Below, piece after piece: positions 62,087 to 64,000 of a stretch of 64,000 bases of DNA. A program made the position numbers and the translations under genes. The notes under the pieces are model-generated. The model searched no databases. It saw nothing but the letters and a program-made list of their open reading frames with translations, and had not been told where the DNA came from. Within the stretch, counting starts at the first letter, position 1. Every line of letters starts with the position of its first letter. The stretch is from an uncultured Actinomycetes bacterium (GTDB lineage: Bacteria; Actinomycetota; UBA4738; HRBIN12): positions 216,027 through 280,026 of the forward strand of contig CAWEPH010000004.1 of the NCBI GenBank assembly GCA_963810915.1, read 5' to 3'.

Positions 62087-63694
62087 ATGCCGCCGGCCAA
62101 CAGCTACGACGCGATCGTGATCGGCGGTGGCCACAACGGCCTCGTGGCCGCCGCGTATCTGGCGAAGTACGGGAAACGGGTCGTCGTCCTCGAGGCGCGC
62201 CACAAGACGGGCGGGGCCGCGGATACGAGCAGCCCGTGGCCCGAGGCGCCGCAGTTCAAGGTCATGACGCTCAGCTACACGATGAGCCTGATGCCGAGCT
62301 ACATCATCGAGGACCTGAAGCTCCGCGATCACGGGTACAAGATCAATCCCCTCGGCCTCGGCTACACGCCGCATCCCGACGGGCGTTCGCTGATCGAAGG
62401 CGACGACGACCGCTCATACCGGTCCTACCTCCAGTACTCGAAGAAGGACGCCGACGCGGTCGGTCCTTACTACGCATGGATCGAGCGCATCGGGAAGCTG
62501 ATGCACCCGCTCCTGGACCGCACGCCGCCCCATGTCTCCGGCACCAAGCTGAAGGACATGAAGGACGTCGGGCAGCTGGGCTGGGCATTGCGCAAGGATC
62601 TCGACGAGCAGACCGTCGCCGACATCACCCGCCTGTTCACGATGAGCGCGGCCGATCTGCTCGAGCGGTGGTTCGAGGATCCCGTCGTGATCGGGATCCA
62701 GTCGGTGAACGGGATCATCGGAACGTGGGCGGGCCCCATGACGCCGGGCACCGCGTACGTGTTGATGCACCACTCGGTGGGTGAGGAGAGCGAGGGTCAG
62801 GTGGCCTCGTGGGGGATGCCGGAAGGCGGCATGGGCGCCGTCTCCGACGCGATCCGCGCGGCGGCCGAGGGCTTCGGCGCGCAGATCCGCGTGAACGCCC
62901 CGGTGGAGAAGGTGCTCGTGGAAGGCGGGAGGGCGCGGGGAGCCGTGCTGATAGGCGGCGAGGAGTTCCACGCCCCCGTGGTGATCACGGCATGCCATCC
63001 GCAGATCACCTTCCTGCGCCAGATCGACAGGGGAGAGCTGCCGGAGCCGTTCGTGCACGACATCGAGCACTGGCGGTCGCGCTCCGGAACCGTGAAGATC
63101 AACCTCGCGCTCGACGGGCTCCCGGACTTCACCGCGGATCCCGGCTTCGACCCTGCCGTGCAGGGCGGCGCGATGAGCATCATGGACGACCTCGAGTATC
63201 TCGAGACGGCGTTCCAGGAGGCGCGCGCCGGCCGTCCGGCCACGCTCCCGTTCGCGGACTGCGAGATCCCCACCGTGTTCGACCGAACGCTGGCGCCCGA
63301 GGGCAAGCACGTGATGTCGATGTTCACCCAGTGGGTGCCGGACAGCTGGAGCGACGAGCCCCACCGCGGCGAGCTCGAGGCGTACGCGGACCGGCTGATG
63401 GATCGATTCGAGCTGGTGGCCCCCGGGTTCAAGGACCTGATCCTGCATCGGCAGATCATCGGCCCCTACGACATGGAGCAGGAGTACGGGCTGATCGGCG
63501 GCAACATCTTCCACGGGGAGCTCACGGTGGATCAGCTCTTCCACATGCGCCCGGCGCCGGGGTTCGCGGACTACCGGACGCCGATCCGCGGCCTGTATCA
63601 GGCGTCGAGCGCGACCCACGCGGGAGGCGGCGTGAACGGACTCCCCGGCCACCACGTGGTCCGCGAGATCCGCAAGGACAAGGCGTTGCGTTGA
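62087..63694 (+). CDS. Phytoene-desaturase-family FAD-dependent oxidoreductase
   Basis: YDAIVIGGGHNGLVAAAYLAK dinucleotide-binding motif. A C-terminal GGNIFHGE...HAGGGV pattern typical of CrtI-related proteins. Confidence 0.85.
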   Translation: MPPANSYDAIVIGGGHNGLVAAAYLAKYGKRVVVLEARHKTGGAADTSSPWPEAPQFKVMTLSYTMSLMPSYIIEDLKLRDHGYKINPLGLGYTPHPDGRSLIEGDDDRSYRSYLQYSKKDADAVGPYYAWIERIGKLMHPLLDRTPPHVSGTKLKDMKDVGQLGWALRKDLDEQTVADITRLFTMSAADLLERWFEDPVVIGIQSVNGIIGTWAGPMTPGTAYVLMHHSVGEESEGQVASWGMPEGGMGAVSDAIRAAAEGFGAQIRVNAPVEKVLVEGGRARGAVLIGGEEFHAPVVITACHPQITFLRQIDRGELPEPFVHDIEHWRSRSGTVKINLALDGLPDFTADPGFDPAVQGGAMSIMDDLEYLETAFQEARAGRPATLPFADCEIPTVFDRTLAPEGKHVMSMFTQWVPDSWSDEPHRGELEAYADRLMDRFELVAPGFKDLILHRQIIGPYDMEQEYGLIGGNIFHGELTVDQLFHMRPAPGFADYRTPIRGLYQASSATHAGGGVNGLPGHHVVREIRKDKALR

Positions 63695-63781
63695 AGCGAT
63701 ACACGACCCGGTCGCTCGGTACGATAGCCTGCGCGCGGCGGCGCCGGGTGGTGACGCCGTATCGAGTTGGAGGGAGGCACC

Positions 63782-64000
63782 TTGCTAGCTGACTGGAGCT
63801 TCGGCGACATGCTCTGGACGCTGATCGTCGTGTTCTTCATGGTCGTGTACTTCTTCATCCTGTTCGGCGTGATCATGGACATCTTCCGTGACCACGAACT
63901 CTCGGGATGGTGGAAAGCCGTCTGGCTGCTCGCCCTGTTGATCTTCCCGCTGATCACGTTGCTGATCTACCTGATCGCACGCGGCGACGGCATGGCGCAC
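63782..64000 (+). CDS. PLD-nuclease N-terminal (PLDc_N) domain membrane protein, partial at window edge
   Basis: GGAGGGAGG lies upstream of TTG 63782. The frame is open to the end of the window. [53 protein letters not shown] matches PLDc_N. Confidence 0.7.
   Translation, partial: MLADWSFGDMLWTLIVVFFMVVYFFILFGVIMDIFRDHELSGWWKAVWLLALLIFPLITLLIYLIARGDGMAH

Noticed and set aside
60598-62100. 500-aa minus-strand ORF.
   Set aside because: It is antisense to the NYN/OST-HTH gene and to the secreted protein gene, and has shadow composition.
62414-63655. 413-aa minus-strand ORF.
   Set aside because: It is antisense to the FAD oxidoreductase, which carries a clear dinucleotide-binding motif.
63598-64000. 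Two minus-strand ORFs at the right edge of the window.
   Set aside because: The plus-strand frame from TTG 63782 has an SD sequence and a strong PLDc_N-like hydrophobic pattern. The minus-strand products are His/Glu/Asp-rich mirror sequences.
1-64000. Search by eye for rRNA, tRNA (GGTTCGAATCC-type T-arms), CRISPR repeats, and transposase, integrase or phage genes.
   Set aside because: None was recognised. The intergenic regions are short, and the few longer ones (1913-2213, 38155-38436, 59921-60140) showed no structure I could assign. A covariance-model scan would be needed to exclude small RNAs.

Overview
The window is very GC-rich by eye, with third codon positions almost all G or C. Its gene content and signals look actinobacterial: an F420-type DDN-family oxidoreductase, many GTG/TTG starts, and TANNNT boxes directly in front of start codons. 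It is densely coding, and I support about 70 protein genes on both strands. Most of the other long ORFs in the six-frame track are Arg/Gly/Pro-rich shadows of the real genes. I recognised no rRNA, tRNA, CRISPR array, transposase or integrase.

Content is mostly housekeeping and accessory metabolism. It also includes signalling genes (two class III cyclases, a cNMP-binding protein, a large LuxR regulator and a lone receiver), secreted hydrolases (GH25, GH18, GH26-like, a metzincin, a BNR propeller and a thermonuclease) and an ABC exporter.

The most unusual locus is 54.0-57.9 kb. It is a tightly overlapping seven- to eight-cistron operon. It combines a MauE-like membrane protein, two Tat-signal proteins that are extremely cysteine-rich (25 and 9 Cys), two membrane-anchored CxxC thioredoxins, and a polytopic membrane protein interrupted by an in-frame TGA. 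No MauB, MauG or amicyanin is present. The locus lies inside a segment bracketed by two paralogous pairs of small membrane-anchored proteins.

A second recurring observation is that four otherwise recognisable genes (two Zn-ADHs, an FmdB zinc ribbon and an FN3 protein) need five single-base frame corrections. This means either gene decay or assembly indels.

All family calls come from motif recognition by eye. No database search was run.
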